This document shows positions 63,638-64,000 of a DNA stretch of 64,000 nt, piece by piece. The stretch comes from Octopus sinensis (taxonomy: Eukaryota): the NCBI RefSeq assembly GCF_006345805.1, contig NC_043009.1:62372001-62436000 (forward strand), given 5' to 3'. Both the position numbers and the translations under genes were made by a program. The notes beneath the pieces are model-generated. The model had not been told where the DNA came from, made no database searches, and saw nothing but the letters and a program-made list of their open reading frames with translations. Position 1 is the stretch's first letter. Each line of letters opens with the position of its first letter.

Positions 63638-64000
63638 TAATTATTTCTAAAATAGATGCAAGAGTAGACATGATTGTGTAAAGGCTTTATATCAAACCCA
63701 GACGGATGAAAAGCAATAGACGACGCCATCGTGATTTGAGCTCAGAACGTTAAAAGCCGTAACTAAGTACCCCTAAGACAGCCAATCCAATGCTCTTCTG
63801 ATTCTTCGATACGCCTCTAGGATTTGAGAGTTTAAGATCCAAAATGAAAGTTTATTTCTCGGTTCTTTTTAATAAAGATGTTATAACATGTAACTTTAAC
63901 ATTACAGTTTTCCTCTCTTACAAAAATAATCAAAAACACCAATTATTTTATTTATTTATTTATCTATTTATTTGTTAATTTATTTGCAATTTAAAGAACA

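Overview
AT-rich, repeat-saturated eukaryotic intergenic or intronic DNA with one 100-N assembly gap (11934-12033). The SINE families and microsatellite load resemble a cephalopod (Octopus-like) genome; this is an inference from recognised repeat motifs. No host protein-coding gene could be recognised, and nearly all listed ORFs are translations of microsatellites. Real coding remnants are all transposon-derived: a full-length defective Tc1 (DD34E), a mariner fragment, a pogo/Tigger fragment, and Dong/R4-, Tx1-, RTE- and CR1-like LINE fragments. The window also holds many tRNA-derived SINEs, a Helitron, hAT and piggyBac-type MITEs, and a 1.7-kb tandem duplication. The most notable signal is a set of type I hammerhead ribozyme motifs from sequence-unrelated families that share one unusual architecture: 4-bp helix I, about 13-bp helix II capped by a 48-69 nt AT-rich loop, and 2-bp helix III with a palindromic tetraloop. 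They lie at 4342-4440 (-), 62998-63119 (-) and 63272-63389 (+), each in one arm of a long fold-back inverted repeat, with further decayed copies nearby. The window also contains several other long fold-backs, a local inverted mosaic duplication, and LINEs that appear to target microsatellites. Repeat boundaries were read by eye and are approximate unless stated exactly.
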